The notes beneath the pieces were generated by a model. That model ran no database searches and was not told where the DNA came from. It worked only from the letters and a program-made list of their open reading frames with translations. Of a DNA stretch of 64,000 nt, positions 1 to 10,252 are shown piece by piece. The position numbers were made by a program, and so were the translations under genes. Position 1 is the stretch's first letter. The number at the start of each line of letters is the position of its first letter. Source of the stretch: Gemmatimonadales bacterium (GTDB lineage Bacteria > Gemmatimonadota > Gemmatimonadetes > Gemmatimonadales > Gemmatimonadaceae); assembly GCA_038250435.1 (NCBI GenBank), contig JBBSCJ010000017.1, forward strand, positions 3,450 through 67,449. Direction: 5' to 3'.

Positions 1-1518
1 AACATCGTGACGGGCGCCATGAAAAAGGGCTGGGAGCCCATTGTCGAAGAGCTCGAGCGCCGCGTCTCCGATCGCGAGCTTGCGTCGTTGCGCGCCTCGA
101 CGCTCAATGCGCACTACACGTCCGGCGAGATCATTGAAGCCGTGTGGGGCGCACTGGCCGCCGCGGTAGAGCGGAGCGGCATCAACCCCGCCTCGCTGCG
201 CGTGCTCGAGCCGGGCGCCGGCGTGGGGCACTTCATTGGACTGCGCCCGCCAAGTGTTCGCGCCTCGAAGGTGACGGCCGTCGAGCTGGACACGATCACC
301 GGCGGCATAGCGCAAGCGCTGTATCCGCATCAGGACGTGCGCATTGAATCGTTCGGCGCCACCCGTCTCGCGCCAGGCTCAGTCGATCTTGTGGTCGGCA
401 ACCCGCCGTTTGGAAACTTCAAGCTCGGGGATCCCCAGTACGATACGAGCGCGCCGCAGATCCACGACGCGATCTTCTTGAAGGCGCTCGATGCGCTGCG
501 CGGCGGTGGGCTCTTCGCGCTCGTGACCAGCAACGGCGCGCTCGACAAGCGCAACGCGGAGCCGCGTATCGAGATGGCGATGCGCGCGGAGTTTGTGGGC
601 GCCGTGCGCTTGCCCAACACCGCGTTCAAGCAGAACGCCGGCACGGAAGTGGTGACGGACGTGATCGTGCTGCGGAAGCGCGAGACGCCGATCTCCAAAG
701 CCGCCGCAGCCAAAGAGCCGTGGACGCAATCAATCCTGATGGGGGTGGGCGATTCGTCCACGTTCCCCGTCAATCAGTATTTCCACGACAACCCGAGCAT
801 GGTGCTCGGCACGCACGCCGCGTCTGGCTCGATGTACCGCGCCGATTCGTACACGGTCGAAGGCTCGGCCGAAGGGCTCGGCGCGCGACTGGCTGCGGCG
901 CTGCCGTCGCTCACACTGGCGCCGCGCGAAGCGGCGGCGCCCGACACGACGCGCACGGACACCGCGAAGCCGGAGAAGCCGCTCCCGCCCGGGCTGCCGG
1001 TCAGGGTGCCGTCGCTCGATGGCAGCATGATCGAGCACAACGGCGAGTTGTTCGTGGCCGAGAAGGGGCGGTGGACCGAGGCGCCGTTTCCGAAGGACCA
1101 TCGCTCGCGCCTCCTCGCGTTGCACAAGATCCGGCAGGCCGTCGATCGCGTGCTCGAGTCGCAGGTTAAGGGCGAGCCCGATGAAGCGGTGCAGAAGGCG
1201 CTGAAAGCCGGCCAGTCCGCGTACGCCAACTATCGCAAGGCGCACGGCCCGATCGGCATGGCGAAGATGAGCAACCACACCCCGCCGCGGAAAACGCTGC
1301 CCAACCGCCATCATTATCAAGCACACGGCGTTCGGCGCCATCCCGGTGTCGCCAGAGCGCGAAATGCTCGGTATCGAGGAGCAGCGGTCGTTCCTGCTCC
1401 AGTCGATGCAGGCACACTCAACGGGCCAGACCTCACGACCTTCTACCCCTCGGGCGAGCAGGGATACACGGATTATCCGGTGCTGGTCGCGTCAGTCGCG
1501 CGTGTGTCACTGTCGTAA
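1..1518 (+). pseudogene. N6-adenine DNA methyltransferase domain remnant (5' end runs off the window, 3' part frame-disrupted)
   Basis: Frame 1 is open from nt 1. Motif I-like LEPGAGVGHFIG and motif IV VVGNPPFG are present. After about aa 430 the frame-1 translation turns Arg/His-rich, while protein-like sequence appears in frame 2 (IIKHTAFGAIPVSPEREMLGIEEQRSFLLQ from about nt 1310) and then again in frame 1. Relatives of this family are, as far as I recall, much larger multidomain proteins. Confidence 0.5.
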
Positions 1519-1700
1519 CTGACCGGCGGAGCGCGGAGACGATGGATCCGCCGGTGAGTGTGCCCGGATGACTGCTCGCCTTCGCCGCAAGCAAGAACGG
1601 ACTTCGGGCACCCCCTCGGCGGAGTCATGCTCGAACTCGGTACGCAACTTGCTTTGCACCAAACTACGACCCGGGTTTCCCCTTTTCTGGACGTAGCATC

Positions 1701-2837
1701 GTGCTTACAGGCTCCGCAGCGGAAGCCGATCTCCGCGTGGAGAGCGGTGTGGCAACGATCGTGCTCAGTGGCGACTGGACGCTCGAACAGCCGCTGCCTC
1801 GAGCCGATGAACTCCTGGACGCGCGAAAAGCGGATCCGGGCGTCCTTCGCACCGTCGCATTTGACAGCAGTGCACTCGAAGAGTGGGACAGCAGCCTGTT
1901 GATCTTTCTCACCCAGTGTGAGGCATACGGCGAGGAGCACCAGCTCACCGTCGAAACCGCCGGGCTCCCCGAACAGCTCCCTCGACTGCTGGCACTCGCG
2001 CGCGCCGTCCCTGAACGCACCACACCGGACGCCCCCGAACGCGCGCGGTTCCTGGCACGCATGGGCCTGTCGGTTGTCACCGGATATGCCAGCGCGCGCG
2101 CGTCGATCACCTTTACCGGTGAAGTCGCCATCGCAGCGGGCAACTTGGTGCGTCGCCGCGTAGGCATGCGATGGCGCGATTTCTGGGTGGTCGTGCAATC
2201 CAACAGCTCCGGCGCGCTCCCGATCGTCACGCTCATCGCGCTACTCGTGGGCATCATCATCGCGTTCCTGGGCGTCGTCGTGCTCAAGCGATTCGGCGCC
2301 GGCTATTACGTGTCGTATCTGGTAGGCTTCGGTATGCTGCGCGAGATGGGGGCGCTCATGACCGGTATTATCATGGCCGGCCGCACGGGCGCCGCCTTTG
2401 CCGCCGAACTTGGCAGCATGAAGATCACCGAGGAGATCGACGCGTACACGACACTCGGTATCTCTCCCGTCGAGCATCTCGTGCTGCCGCGTATGCTCGG
2501 TCTGTTTGTCATGATGCCGTTGCTCACGATCTACGCGGACTTCGTGGGCATCGTGGGTGGCATGCTGGTCTCGATGTGGATGCTCGATCTCTCTGCCACG
2601 CAATTCTTTGGCGGTCTTCTCGACGCCGTAACGCTCTCCGACGCGCTCCTCGGTGTGATAAAGGGTGTCATTTTCGGCGCGATCATCGGTATCGCGGGAT
2701 GCCTGAAGGGACTGCAAACCGGATCGGACGCCGGTGCCGTAGGGCGTGCGACGACCTCCGCCGTAGTGGTCGGTATCACGCTCATCATCCTCGCCAACGC
2801 GGTGATGGATTGGCTGGCGGCACTCCTCGAAGTATGA
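1701..2837 (+). CDS. mlaE: MlaE-family ABC transporter permease with N-terminal STAS/MlaB-like extension
   Basis: GTG start at 1701. Multi-TM C-terminal part with the typical MlaE signature MREMGALMTGIIMAGRTGAAFAAELGSMKITEEIDAYTTLGISP. About 120 aa soluble N-terminal extension. Stop overlaps the next start (ATGA). Confidence 0.85.
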   Translation: MLTGSAAEADLRVESGVATIVLSGDWTLEQPLPRADELLDARKADPGVLRTVAFDSSALEEWDSSLLIFLTQCEAYGEEHQLTVETAGLPEQLPRLLALARAVPERTTPDAPERARFLARMGLSVVTGYASARASITFTGEVAIAAGNLVRRRVGMRWRDFWVVVQSNSSGALPIVTLIALLVGIIIAFLGVVVLKRFGAGYYVSYLVGFGMLREMGALMTGIIMAGRTGAAFAAELGSMKITEEIDAYTTLGISPVEHLVLPRMLGLFVMMPLLTIYADFVGIVGGMLVSMWMLDLSATQFFGGLLDAVTLSDALLGVIKGVIFGAIIGIAGCLKGLQTGSDAGAVGRATTSAVVVGITLIILANAVMDWLAALLEV

Positions 2838-3649
2838 CACCCGCCGTCACCGCACCTGCCGTCATCGCACCCGTCATCAGCACACCCACTACCGGTACGC
2901 CTGCGATCGAAGTGCGCGGGCTGACCATGCAGTACGGCGATCTGGTGATCATGAACAACCTCAACTTCAGCGTGAGAACCGGTGAAGTGTTCGTGCTGAT
3001 GGGCGGCAGTGGCAGCGGCAAGAGCACGCTGCTCAAGCATCTCATCGGGCTCAAGGCGCCCGCGCACGGCACGATTCTGTTCGAGGGCGAGGCGTTTGAC
3101 CTCGAGAATGATGCGACGCGCAAGCGCGTGCTGCGCCGAATGGGTGTGCTCTACCAGAACGGCGCGCTGTGGAGTGGGCTCACGCTCGCCGAGAACGTCG
3201 CCCTGCCGCTGGAGGAATTCACGGAGCTCGGCGCGGAGGCGATCGCCGAGGTGGTCGCACTCAAGCTGTCGCTGGTGGGCCTTCGCGGATTCGGCGCATT
3301 CTATCCATCGGCCATCAGCGGCGGTATGCGCAAGCGCGCCGCGCTCGCGCGGGCAATCGCCCTGGATCCCGACGTGTTGTTCTTTGACGAGCCGTCATCC
3401 GGCCTCGATCCGATCAGCGCAAGCCGGTTGGATGATCTCATCCTCGAGCTCAAGGCGAGCTTCGGCACCACGATCGTGGTGGTCACGCACGATCTGGCGA
3501 GCATTTTCCGCATCGCCGACCGCGCACTGTTTCTGGATATCGACAAGAAGACCATGACGGCGCTGGGTCCGCCCGCCGAGCTCCGCGACAATCCGCCCAG
3601 TGATGAAGTGCATCGATTTCTCACCCGCAGCAGTGAAGGTCTGTCATGA
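2834..3649 (+). CDS. mlaF: ABC transporter ATP-binding protein (MlaF-like)
   Basis: ATG at 2834 in the frame of track ORF 2171..3649. Walker A GGSGSGKST, ABC signature ISGGMRKR, Walker B LFFDEPSSGLD. The upstream part of the track ORF overlaps mlaE and is not coding. Confidence 0.9.
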   Translation: MTPAVTAPAVIAPVISTPTTGTPAIEVRGLTMQYGDLVIMNNLNFSVRTGEVFVLMGGSGSGKSTLLKHLIGLKAPAHGTILFEGEAFDLENDATRKRVLRRMGVLYQNGALWSGLTLAENVALPLEEFTELGAEAIAEVVALKLSLVGLRGFGAFYPSAISGGMRKRAALARAIALDPDVLFFDEPSSGLDPISASRLDDLILELKASFGTTIVVVTHDLASIFRIADRALFLDIDKKTMTALGPPAELRDNPPSDEVHRFLTRSSEGLS

Positions 3650-4632
3650 GTACGCGCGCGAACCCAACGGCGATCGGACTGTTCCTGATCGGGGCCGTGG
3701 CGATAGCGATCGCCGGCACCGCTGCGCTGGCCTCAGCCACGTGGTTTGAGCGGCGCGCGAAATTCATCAGCTTCTTTCCCGAGTCGGTAAACGGACTCGT
3801 GAATGGCGCACCGGTGAAGTTTCAGGGTGTGCCGGTTGGTTCGATCACCGACATCAACATTCAGATCGATCAACGCGATGAGTCCTTCCAGGTGCCGGTC
3901 GTGTATGAGATCGACCTGCCGCGCCTCACGACGCCCGAGGGCACGTACGTGAATCTGGCCGACACGCTGGTGCTGCGACAGCAGATCGCCAAGGGACTGC
4001 GCGCGCAGCTGCAGATGGAAAGCTTTGTCACGGGCGTGCTCTATCTCGAGTTGAGCTATCGCACCGACTCCACGCCGCCGCAACTCGAAGCCCGGGCGAC
4101 GAAATGGCCCGAAGTGCCGACGTCTCCGTCGTTGATGGCGGCGATCGGTGGTGGGGCCGGCAGCCTGCTGTCGCAGATGATCAAGATCCTCAACCGCGTA
4201 AACGGGATGCTCGCCGACGTGAACATTCCCGAGATCAATACGGCAGTCGTGCGGTCGGCGAATGCGGTTGAGAAGCTGATGAACGCGCCGGAGATCCGGG
4301 CCACACTGCGGCAGATGCCGGGAGCGACCGCGCAGCTCACCGCCACGATGGCGGAAGTGGAAAGGCTGGCATCACGCGCCGGCGGGGCGATCGATCCGAT
4401 GCAGACGCAGCTTACCGGCGTGTCCACCGAGGCAATCGCCACGCTGCAGTCGTTGCGCAAGACGCTTGATGAAACACAGGGTCTGCTGTCGGCAGATACC
4501 GGCCCGGGGTACGCGCTCACCGGCGCGCTCACCAGTTTGCGCGAAGCAGCCGAGGCGCTTCGTCTGCTCATCACGTCGCTCGAGCAGAACCCTGATATGT
4601 TGATTCGCGGCAAGAAGCCACCGGAGAACTGA
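3646..4632 (+). CDS. mlaD: MCE/MlaD-family substrate-binding protein
   Basis: N-terminal TM helix followed by an MCE-like segment (FFPESVNGLVNGAPVKFQGVPVGSITDI). ATGA overlap with mlaF. Confidence 0.8.
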   Translation: MSTRANPTAIGLFLIGAVAIAIAGTAALASATWFERRAKFISFFPESVNGLVNGAPVKFQGVPVGSITDINIQIDQRDESFQVPVVYEIDLPRLTTPEGTYVNLADTLVLRQQIAKGLRAQLQMESFVTGVLYLELSYRTDSTPPQLEARATKWPEVPTSPSLMAAIGGGAGSLLSQMIKILNRVNGMLADVNIPEINTAVVRSANAVEKLMNAPEIRATLRQMPGATAQLTATMAEVERLASRAGGAIDPMQTQLTGVSTEAIATLQSLRKTLDETQGLLSADTGPGYALTGALTSLREAAEALRLLITSLEQNPDMLIRGKKPPEN

Positions 4633-4634
4633 CG

Positions 4635-5363
4635 ATGCCACGCTATCCTGACGCACGAGCAATGGTCACCCTGGCAGCAGCGCTGCTGCTCACCGGCTGT
4701 TTCCGGCTGTCTCGCGAATCGCCGACGCTGCAGCGGTTTGTGCTGAGTGGCGGGGCGGCTGCCGGGGGTACGGCGCCCGCGCTGTCCGCAGCAGCAGCCA
4801 CGGGGAGCGGCGTGGCGGCGGCGGCCCGGCGCAGCGATCTTACGCTCGGCTTGCGCCGCATGGATCTCGCGACGTATCTCGCGACGCCGGACATCGTGGT
4901 GCGTCAGGGGGTCAACCGCCTTATCACCTCGCAGTTTCATCGCTGGGGCGAAGACCTCGGCAGGGCGATCAACCGCGTGGTGGCCACGCACCTTGACGAC
5001 ATGCCGGCAGTCAGGGCCGTGGAGGTCGCGCCGTGGCAGGCACGCGCGCAGCACGATTACCTCGTGCAGCTGCATGTGATGCGCTTCGAAGGGGTCGTGG
5101 ACTCAGGCGCCGCTGATGGTCGCGTGCACGTGCAGGCCGGATGGGACATCATCAGACCGCTCGATGGGCGCGTCCTGATTCGCGGGAGCACCGACGAACG
5201 CGGTGGACCGTGGCGCGCCGGCGATTACGGAGGCCTGGTGTCGCAACTCGATGCGGCGTTGGTCCGCGTCGCTCGGGACATCAGCAGTTGCCTGGGACGT
5301 TTCAGCAACGACTCCACGCCGCCGCAATCGTGTACGGCCGAAGTGGCCGGCGCGCGCAATTGA
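4635..5363 (+). CDS. ABC-transport auxiliary lipoprotein (PqiC/DUF330-like)
   Basis: Lipobox LLLTGC. Lies immediately downstream of the MCE gene (2-nt gap). Size and position are typical of PqiC-like lipoproteins. Confidence 0.65.
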   Translation: MPRYPDARAMVTLAAALLLTGCFRLSRESPTLQRFVLSGGAAAGGTAPALSAAAATGSGVAAAARRSDLTLGLRRMDLATYLATPDIVVRQGVNRLITSQFHRWGEDLGRAINRVVATHLDDMPAVRAVEVAPWQARAQHDYLVQLHVMRFEGVVDSGAADGRVHVQAGWDIIRPLDGRVLIRGSTDERGGPWRAGDYGGLVSQLDAALVRVARDISSCLGRFSNDSTPPQSCTAEVAGARN

Positions 5364-5436
5364 GGTGCCTGCTGCGCGACGTCGCCGCCCTGTGGCGCGC
5401 GGCGCGCCGGTTGTCGGCGCGGTGAAGGTATCGCGT

Positions 5437-6282
5437 TCAGCGATCAACCATCCGCACCTGTCGCAGCAGGATCTCGTCGTTCACCAACGTCTCGATCTGC
5501 AGGAGGCGCCCCGACGTTTTTCCGATCCACACCACCGACTCTTTTCCCGGCGCCACGGAGAAGACCACCACCAGCGCCTCTTCACCGACCAGCGCGGTAC
5601 TGCCGGTCACGTGTATCGCATACTCGCGCAGGCCACTGTCGGTGTCATAGACCACGAACCTGGCGCGATAGCCGATGACAAGTGGCAGCGATCGCACCAC
5701 CAGGTCCCAGTTCCCTGAATCGAAGGGCAGTACCGGGAACGTGGTGTCGATCGGCACCGACGGAATCGCGTATGGGCCGAGTGCGCCCTTTACGCGTCTG
5801 CCGGTGAACTCGATGAGTACGCGTCTGGTGGGATGCCATGCATGATGGCTTCGCGGCGCGAGGGTGCGCGCATCGCTCACGGTGGAGTCGACGAGGGTCG
5901 TGGCATCGCTCACGATGGTGCGTACGCGCCGCAGCTGCATTCCCGACGTGCCGTCGCCCGGCCCGAGGGTGATGACGTCGGTGATGATGCCAAGTGGCTG
6001 CGCGGACGTACCGCGAAAGGCCGTGAGCTGGTAGCGCACACTATCGGTCAGGATGCGCGTACTGTTGATGGCGCGGTCGCCGGGAAGGAGCGGCCCCACG
6101 CGCCCGGGCGAATCGGCCGACTGCGCCTCGGTCACGTGCGCTGAGAGCGCGAGCGTCGCGGCACCCACCAGCAGCCGGACGCGCCGGAGCGACAGGCGGC
6201 ATCGGGGAACGCCATCTCGGGACGGGCGGGCGCGGAAGTCCGCAGATCGATCCGAATCGATCCGCAAATCTTCCGCGCGCAT
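5437..6282 (-). CDS. hypothetical exported protein
   Basis: Long ORF with a signal-peptide-like segment LLVGAATLALSAHVTEAQ. No recognisable catalytic motif. Exact start uncertain. Confidence 0.5.
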   Translation of the reverse strand: MRAEDLRIDSDRSADFRARPSRDGVPRCRLSLRRVRLLVGAATLALSAHVTEAQSADSPGRVGPLLPGDRAINSTRILTDSVRYQLTAFRGTSAQPLGIITDVITLGPGDGTSGMQLRRVRTIVSDATTLVDSTVSDARTLAPRSHHAWHPTRRVLIEFTGRRVKGALGPYAIPSVPIDTTFPVLPFDSGNWDLVVRSLPLVIGYRARFVVYDTDSGLREYAIHVTGSTALVGEEALVVVFSVAPGKESVVWIGKTSGRLLQIETLVNDEILLRQVRMVDR

Positions 6283-6312
6283 CGGCGGTGCGCCCTTGCT
6301 TCTGCGGCGCGT

Positions 6313-7803
6313 CTAGTAGCGGTAGTGATCCGACTTGAACGGTCCCATCGGATCGACGCCGAGATACGACGCCTGCTCGGTGTTGAGCGTGGTGAGCTTC
6401 ACGCCCAGCTTGTCGAGATGCAGGCGCGCCACCTTTTCGTCGAGGTGTTTGGGCAGCGTGAACACCTTCTTCCCGTACTTCCCGGCGTTTGCATGCAGTT
6501 CGAGCTGCGCCAGCACCTGGTTGGTGAAGCTCGCACTCATCACAAAGCTCGGGTGGCCGGTGGCGCAGCCGAGGTTCATGAGGCGCCCTTCGGCGAGGAT
6601 GAGGATGGAGCGGCCATTCGGCAACACGAACTCGTCGTACTGCGGCTTGATGTTGATCCGCTTCATCCCTTCGACCTTCTTGAGACCGGCCATGTCGATC
6701 TCGTTGTCGAAGTGCCCGATGTTGGCGACGATCGCCTTGTCCTTCATGCGGCCCATGTGCTCGACGGTAATGACGTTCTTGTTGCCCGTGGCGGAAATGA
6801 AGATGTCGGCCGTGTCCACCACGTCGTCGAGCGTCGTCACCTGATAGCCTTCGAGCGCGGCCTGCAGCGCGCAGATCGGATCGATCTCGGTAACGATCAC
6901 GCGGGCGCCCTGTCCCCTGAGCGCCTGCGCGCATCCCTTGCCCACGTCACCGTAGCCCATGACGACGGCGATCTTGCCGGCGAGCATGACATCGGTGGCG
7001 CGATTGAGTCCGTCGATGATGCTGTGTCGGCAGCCATACAGGTTGTCGAACTTCGACTTGGTCACGGCATCGTTCACGTTGATGGCGGGGAAGCCAAGCG
7101 TGCCGGCGCGCTCCATTTCGTAGAGGCGATGCACGCCGGTGGTGGTTTCTTCGCTCACACCGCGGATGCCGGCGAGCACCGCGGTCCAGCGGCCGGGATT
7201 CTTCCGCTGTTCGGCGCGCAACAGTTCGAGAATCACGCCCCACTCTTCGGGTTCGTTATCGCTGTCGAAGCCGGGGATCACACCGCGCTGTTCGTACTCG
7301 GCACCCCTGTGCACGAGCAGCGTGGCGTCGCCACCGTCGTCGAGCAGCAGGTTCGGCCCCGTCCCGTCGCTCCACATGAGCGCCTGCTCGGTGCACCACC
7401 AGTACTCTTCAAGCGTCTCTCCTTTCCAGGCAAATACCGGCGTGCCCTTCGGATGGTCTACCGTGCCCGTGGGGCCGACGGCCACGGCCGCTGCGGCGTG
7501 ATCCTGGGTGGAAAAAATGTTACAGGACACCCAGCGCACGTCGGCGCCGAGCGCGACGAGCGTCTCGATGAGCACGGCCGTCTGCACCGTCATGTGCAGC
7601 GAGCCCATGATCTTTGCGCCGGTGAGCGGCGACTTGCCCGCGTACTCCATGCGCAGCGCCATCAGCCCCGGCATTTCCTGCTCGGCGAGACGAATTTCCT
7701 TGCGGCCCCACTCGGCGAGCGACAGGTCGCGTACGGCGAATGCGGGACGGTCGAGCGCCGCCAGGGCGGAGACGCCATGTTCAGTCATGACTGCAGTGGT
7801 CAT
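6313..7803 (-). CDS. ahcY: adenosylhomocysteinase
   Basis: Full-length match in my memory to SAH hydrolases: [23 protein letters not shown]-binding [34 protein letters not shown]-terminal DHYRY. ATGA overlap with the upstream regulator gene. Confidence 0.97.
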   Translation of the reverse strand: MTTAVMTEHGVSALAALDRPAFAVRDLSLAEWGRKEIRLAEQEMPGLMALRMEYAGKSPLTGAKIMGSLHMTVQTAVLIETLVALGADVRWVSCNIFSTQDHAAAAVAVGPTGTVDHPKGTPVFAWKGETLEEYWWCTEQALMWSDGTGPNLLLDDGGDATLLVHRGAEYEQRGVIPGFDSDNEPEEWGVILELLRAEQRKNPGRWTAVLAGIRGVSEETTTGVHRLYEMERAGTLGFPAINVNDAVTKSKFDNLYGCRHSIIDGLNRATDVMLAGKIAVVMGYGDVGKGCAQALRGQGARVIVTEIDPICALQAALEGYQVTTLDDVVDTADIFISATGNKNVITVEHMGRMKDKAIVANIGHFDNEIDMAGLKKVEGMKRINIKPQYDEFVLPNGRSILILAEGRLMNLGCATGHPSFVMSASFTNQVLAQLELHANAGKYGKKVFTLPKHLDEKVARLHLDKLGVKLTTLNTEQASYLGVDPMGPFKSDHYRY

Positions 7804-8774
7804 TTCGGGGTCCGGTGGGTGAAGGCAGGTGAAGACGTCGCCGTGAACAGCGCAGGTCCTGTGGCATCAGGATCGACGGGAAGCGGGACGTAGCGCAGGC
7901 CGGTGAATCCGGCTTGGTGCAGCCATGTCGAGAGCTCCGGCGCATCGAAGCCGAGCCAGACATGTCCCATCTGTTCGCGATAATGCTCGCGCGCGTGCGC
8001 CCGCATGTCGGCGATCAGCAACCGGCCATCAGGGCGCAGCACCCGTCGCACCTCCAACAGCGCACGTAACGGATCCGCCACGTGATGGAGTACGAACATC
8101 AGCATCGCGATGTCGAGCGATGCATCGGCAAGCGGAAGCGCTTCGAGTGGCCCTTCGGCCACGCTCACGTTGCCGTGAGACGACAGGCGCGCCGACGCGG
8201 TGGCGAGCATCGCGGGTGACGCATCGATCGCATGCACATGCGCCACGTGCGGCGCGAGAGAGGCGGCGAGGAGCCCGGTGCCGCAGCCCAGGTCACCCAC
8301 CACGGCCTCCGGATCGAGAAGCGCCAGCGCGGAGGTGAGATCGATCCGGGTCCCGAAAAGCTGTGTACGGAGCGCGTCCCAATCGTTACTCGCGGTGGCG
8401 AAGAACGCCTGCGTGGCGGTGCGGCGCGCGGCGACCACCGCCGTGATGCGGGCAGCGTCCTGCAGAGCGGCAGCGTTCCCGCTGAGCGAGGCGCGCACGA
8501 GCTCCCAGAGCGCCGCCATGTCCTGATCGAGCACGGCGCTGCGCCGGTACCATCGGCTCGCCCCCTCCGCGCGCAAGGTCACCCACGATTCGTCGGCGAG
8601 AATGCGCAAGTGGCGGCTCACGGTGCTTTGCGGAAGCTGCAGCGCGGTGGCCAACTCGCCCACAGCCAGCTCCTGGCGCTCCAACGCCAGCATCAGCCGA
8701 CAGCGGGTGGCGTCGGCGAGTTCGACCAAGCGGTCGTGGATGGCGAGTCGGGGAGAGGTCATAAGGGGATACAT
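7800..8774 (-). CDS. sahR: ArsR-type HTH fused to SAM-methyltransferase-like domain (SahR-like regulator of the methyl cycle)
   Basis: N-terminal ArsR wHTH ([36 protein letters not shown]). C-terminal class I MTase fold with motif [10 protein letters not shown]. Translationally coupled to ahcY, the classical SahR arrangement. Confidence 0.7.
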   Translation of the reverse strand: MYPLMTSPRLAIHDRLVELADATRCRLMLALERQELAVGELATALQLPQSTVSRHLRILADESWVTLRAEGASRWYRRSAVLDQDMAALWELVRASLSGNAAALQDAARITAVVAARRTATQAFFATASNDWDALRTQLFGTRIDLTSALALLDPEAVVGDLGCGTGLLAASLAPHVAHVHAIDASPAMLATASARLSSHGNVSVAEGPLEALPLADASLDIAMLMFVLHHVADPLRALLEVRRVLRPDGRLLIADMRAHAREHYREQMGHVWLGFDAPELSTWLHQAGFTGLRYVPLPVDPDATGPALFTATSSPAFTHRTPK

Positions 8775-8778
8775 CTAT

Positions 8779-8798
8779 ATATCCGGATGGAAGGATAT
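8779..8798. promoter_or_regulatory. 20-bp palindrome ATATCC-N8-GGATAT just upstream of the sahR-like start (candidate operator)
   Basis: Perfect 6-bp inverted arms at 8779-8784 and 8793-8798, inside the only AT-rich patch of the region. A third GGATA copy lies at 8767-8771. Confidence 0.4.
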
Positions 8799-8863
8799 TC
8801 TACTCCCGCCTCGCTGTAAAGGGCTCCACTGCTCTCCCGGCAGCCGGGCGGCAGAGGGAAGCG

Positions 8864-10252
8864 CTACAGCGCCCAGCGCAGCGCGCGCGCCGTACGGTCA
8901 AGCAGCCGGTGTCCGATCCCGCGTGTGCGCCAAGCGGCGGCGGTGATCTCCACGCTGTGCTGCAAGTCGTTTCGAAAGCTGCGTTCGAGTGTGGCACCGC
9001 ACTCGTCGTCGAACAGCAACACGTTGCATTCCGCGTTCAGCCAGAACGAGCGGAAGTCGAGATTGGACGAGCCGACCATGCTCACCGACCCGTCGACCAC
9101 CAGCGTTTTTGCATGCAGCGTGGCACGCTGATATTCGTAGATCCGCACGCCCTGTTTCAGCAGCGGGGCATACGCCCCATGAGCCGCATGGCGCACAATC
9201 GGCATGTCGGTCTGCTCGCCCGGCAACAACAAGCGCACATCCACACCGCGGCGGGCGGCGGACAGCAGCAGCGTGAGCGCCCGCGACGGCGGGGCGAAGT
9301 ACGGCGTGGTAATCCACAGCCGCTCCCGCGCACCGCCGATGAGCGCCGACAGGACGCTCAGCATTTCGTTCTGCCCGCGTCCGGGGCGCGGGTCGAGCAC
9401 CAGCACGGCACGATCCGTCGGTGGCTCGACCTCCGGGCGAACCACATGGCGGCCCCCACGTTTATCCCGACGACGCGCCCACTGCTTGCGCACACGCGCC
9501 GTGAGCGCGCGCGGTGCATAGGCCGTGCTGGACGTCCACGGCGGCACCACGATCCCCTCCGACCAGCTGACGTACTCCAGCGCCGGTAGCGGCTCACCGC
9601 GCGCGCGGTCCCACCCCTCCGCGAACACGGCCGCCAGCTCCAACGCCACCGATCCCCCCACGCGAATGAAGGTGTCTCGCCAGGCCGTCGCGCCGCGCGT
9701 GACCACCGACGAGCCGTACTCCTCCCCGATGTTCATGCCGCCCGTAAACGCGATCTCGCGATCGACCACGAGCAGTTTTCGATGATCACGTCGCAACGCT
9801 TCCAGCGGGTGATGCCAGAGCCGTTGAAACAGCCGCACCGTGACGCCGTGACGCTCGAGGTGATCCCAGAATGCGTTACCCGTGCCCAGCGAGCCCACGG
9901 CATCCGCCAGCACACAAACGCGCACCCCGCGCGCCGCCGCGCGCAGCAGCGCTTCCTGCACGGCCTGACCGAGGCGGTCGTCTCGCATGATGTACGTCTC
10001 GAGCAACACCTCGTCCTGCGCCGCGTCCATCGCGAGCATCATCGTTCGGAACGCGTCATCGCCGTCGATGAGCAGTTCCACCGGCGGACAATCGTGCAAC
10101 GGCCCGCGATCGATGCGCTGTACCAGTTCACGGAAAGCGGGGGCACGCACGCCCCCCGGTATGCGCCGCGCCGCAGCCCAGGCACGATAGCGCCGGTACT
10201 TGCGCGGGATCGTTGCCAGTCTCCGGGAGATCGACGACGCGTCGGTGGTCAC
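8864..10252 (-). CDS. phospholipase D-family protein, cardiolipin synthase (ClsB)-like, two HKD motifs
   Basis: HKD motifs HRKLLVVDREIAFTGGMNIG and LHAKTLVVDGSVSMVGSSNLD. GTG start overlaps the stop of the upstream WYL gene (GTGA). Confidence 0.8.
   Translation of the reverse strand: MTTDASSISRRLATIPRKYRRYRAWAAARRIPGGVRAPAFRELVQRIDRGPLHDCPPVELLIDGDDAFRTMMLAMDAAQDEVLLETYIMRDDRLGQAVQEALLRAAARGVRVCVLADAVGSLGTGNAFWDHLERHGVTVRLFQRLWHHPLEALRRDHRKLLVVDREIAFTGGMNIGEEYGSSVVTRGATAWRDTFIRVGGSVALELAAVFAEGWDRARGEPLPALEYVSWSEGIVVPPWTSSTAYAPRALTARVRKQWARRRDKRGGRHVVRPEVEPPTDRAVLVLDPRPGRGQNEMLSVLSALIGGARERLWITTPYFAPPSRALTLLLSAARRGVDVRLLLPGEQTDMPIVRHAAHGAYAPLLKQGVRIYEYQRATLHAKTLVVDGSVSMVGSSNLDFRSFWLNAECNVLLFDDECGATLERSFRNDLQHSVEITAAAWRTRGIGHRLLDRTARALRWAL

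Noticed and set aside
6325-7893. 522-aa plus-strand ORF, and many similar long ORFs in the track: 10200..11003, 14803..16413, 15695..16558, 37405..38469, 42159..43670, 51495..52526, 53092..54249, 56748..58346, 60332..61915
   Set aside because: Each lies antisense to, or out of frame within, a gene with strong family motifs. Their translations are Arg/Gly/His-rich with no motifs, which is typical of GC-driven shadow ORFs.
7804-8863. SAH riboswitch upstream of ahcY
   Set aside because: The ahcY start overlaps the preceding coding gene, so there is no leader. The short 8775-8863 gap contains only an AT-rich palindrome.
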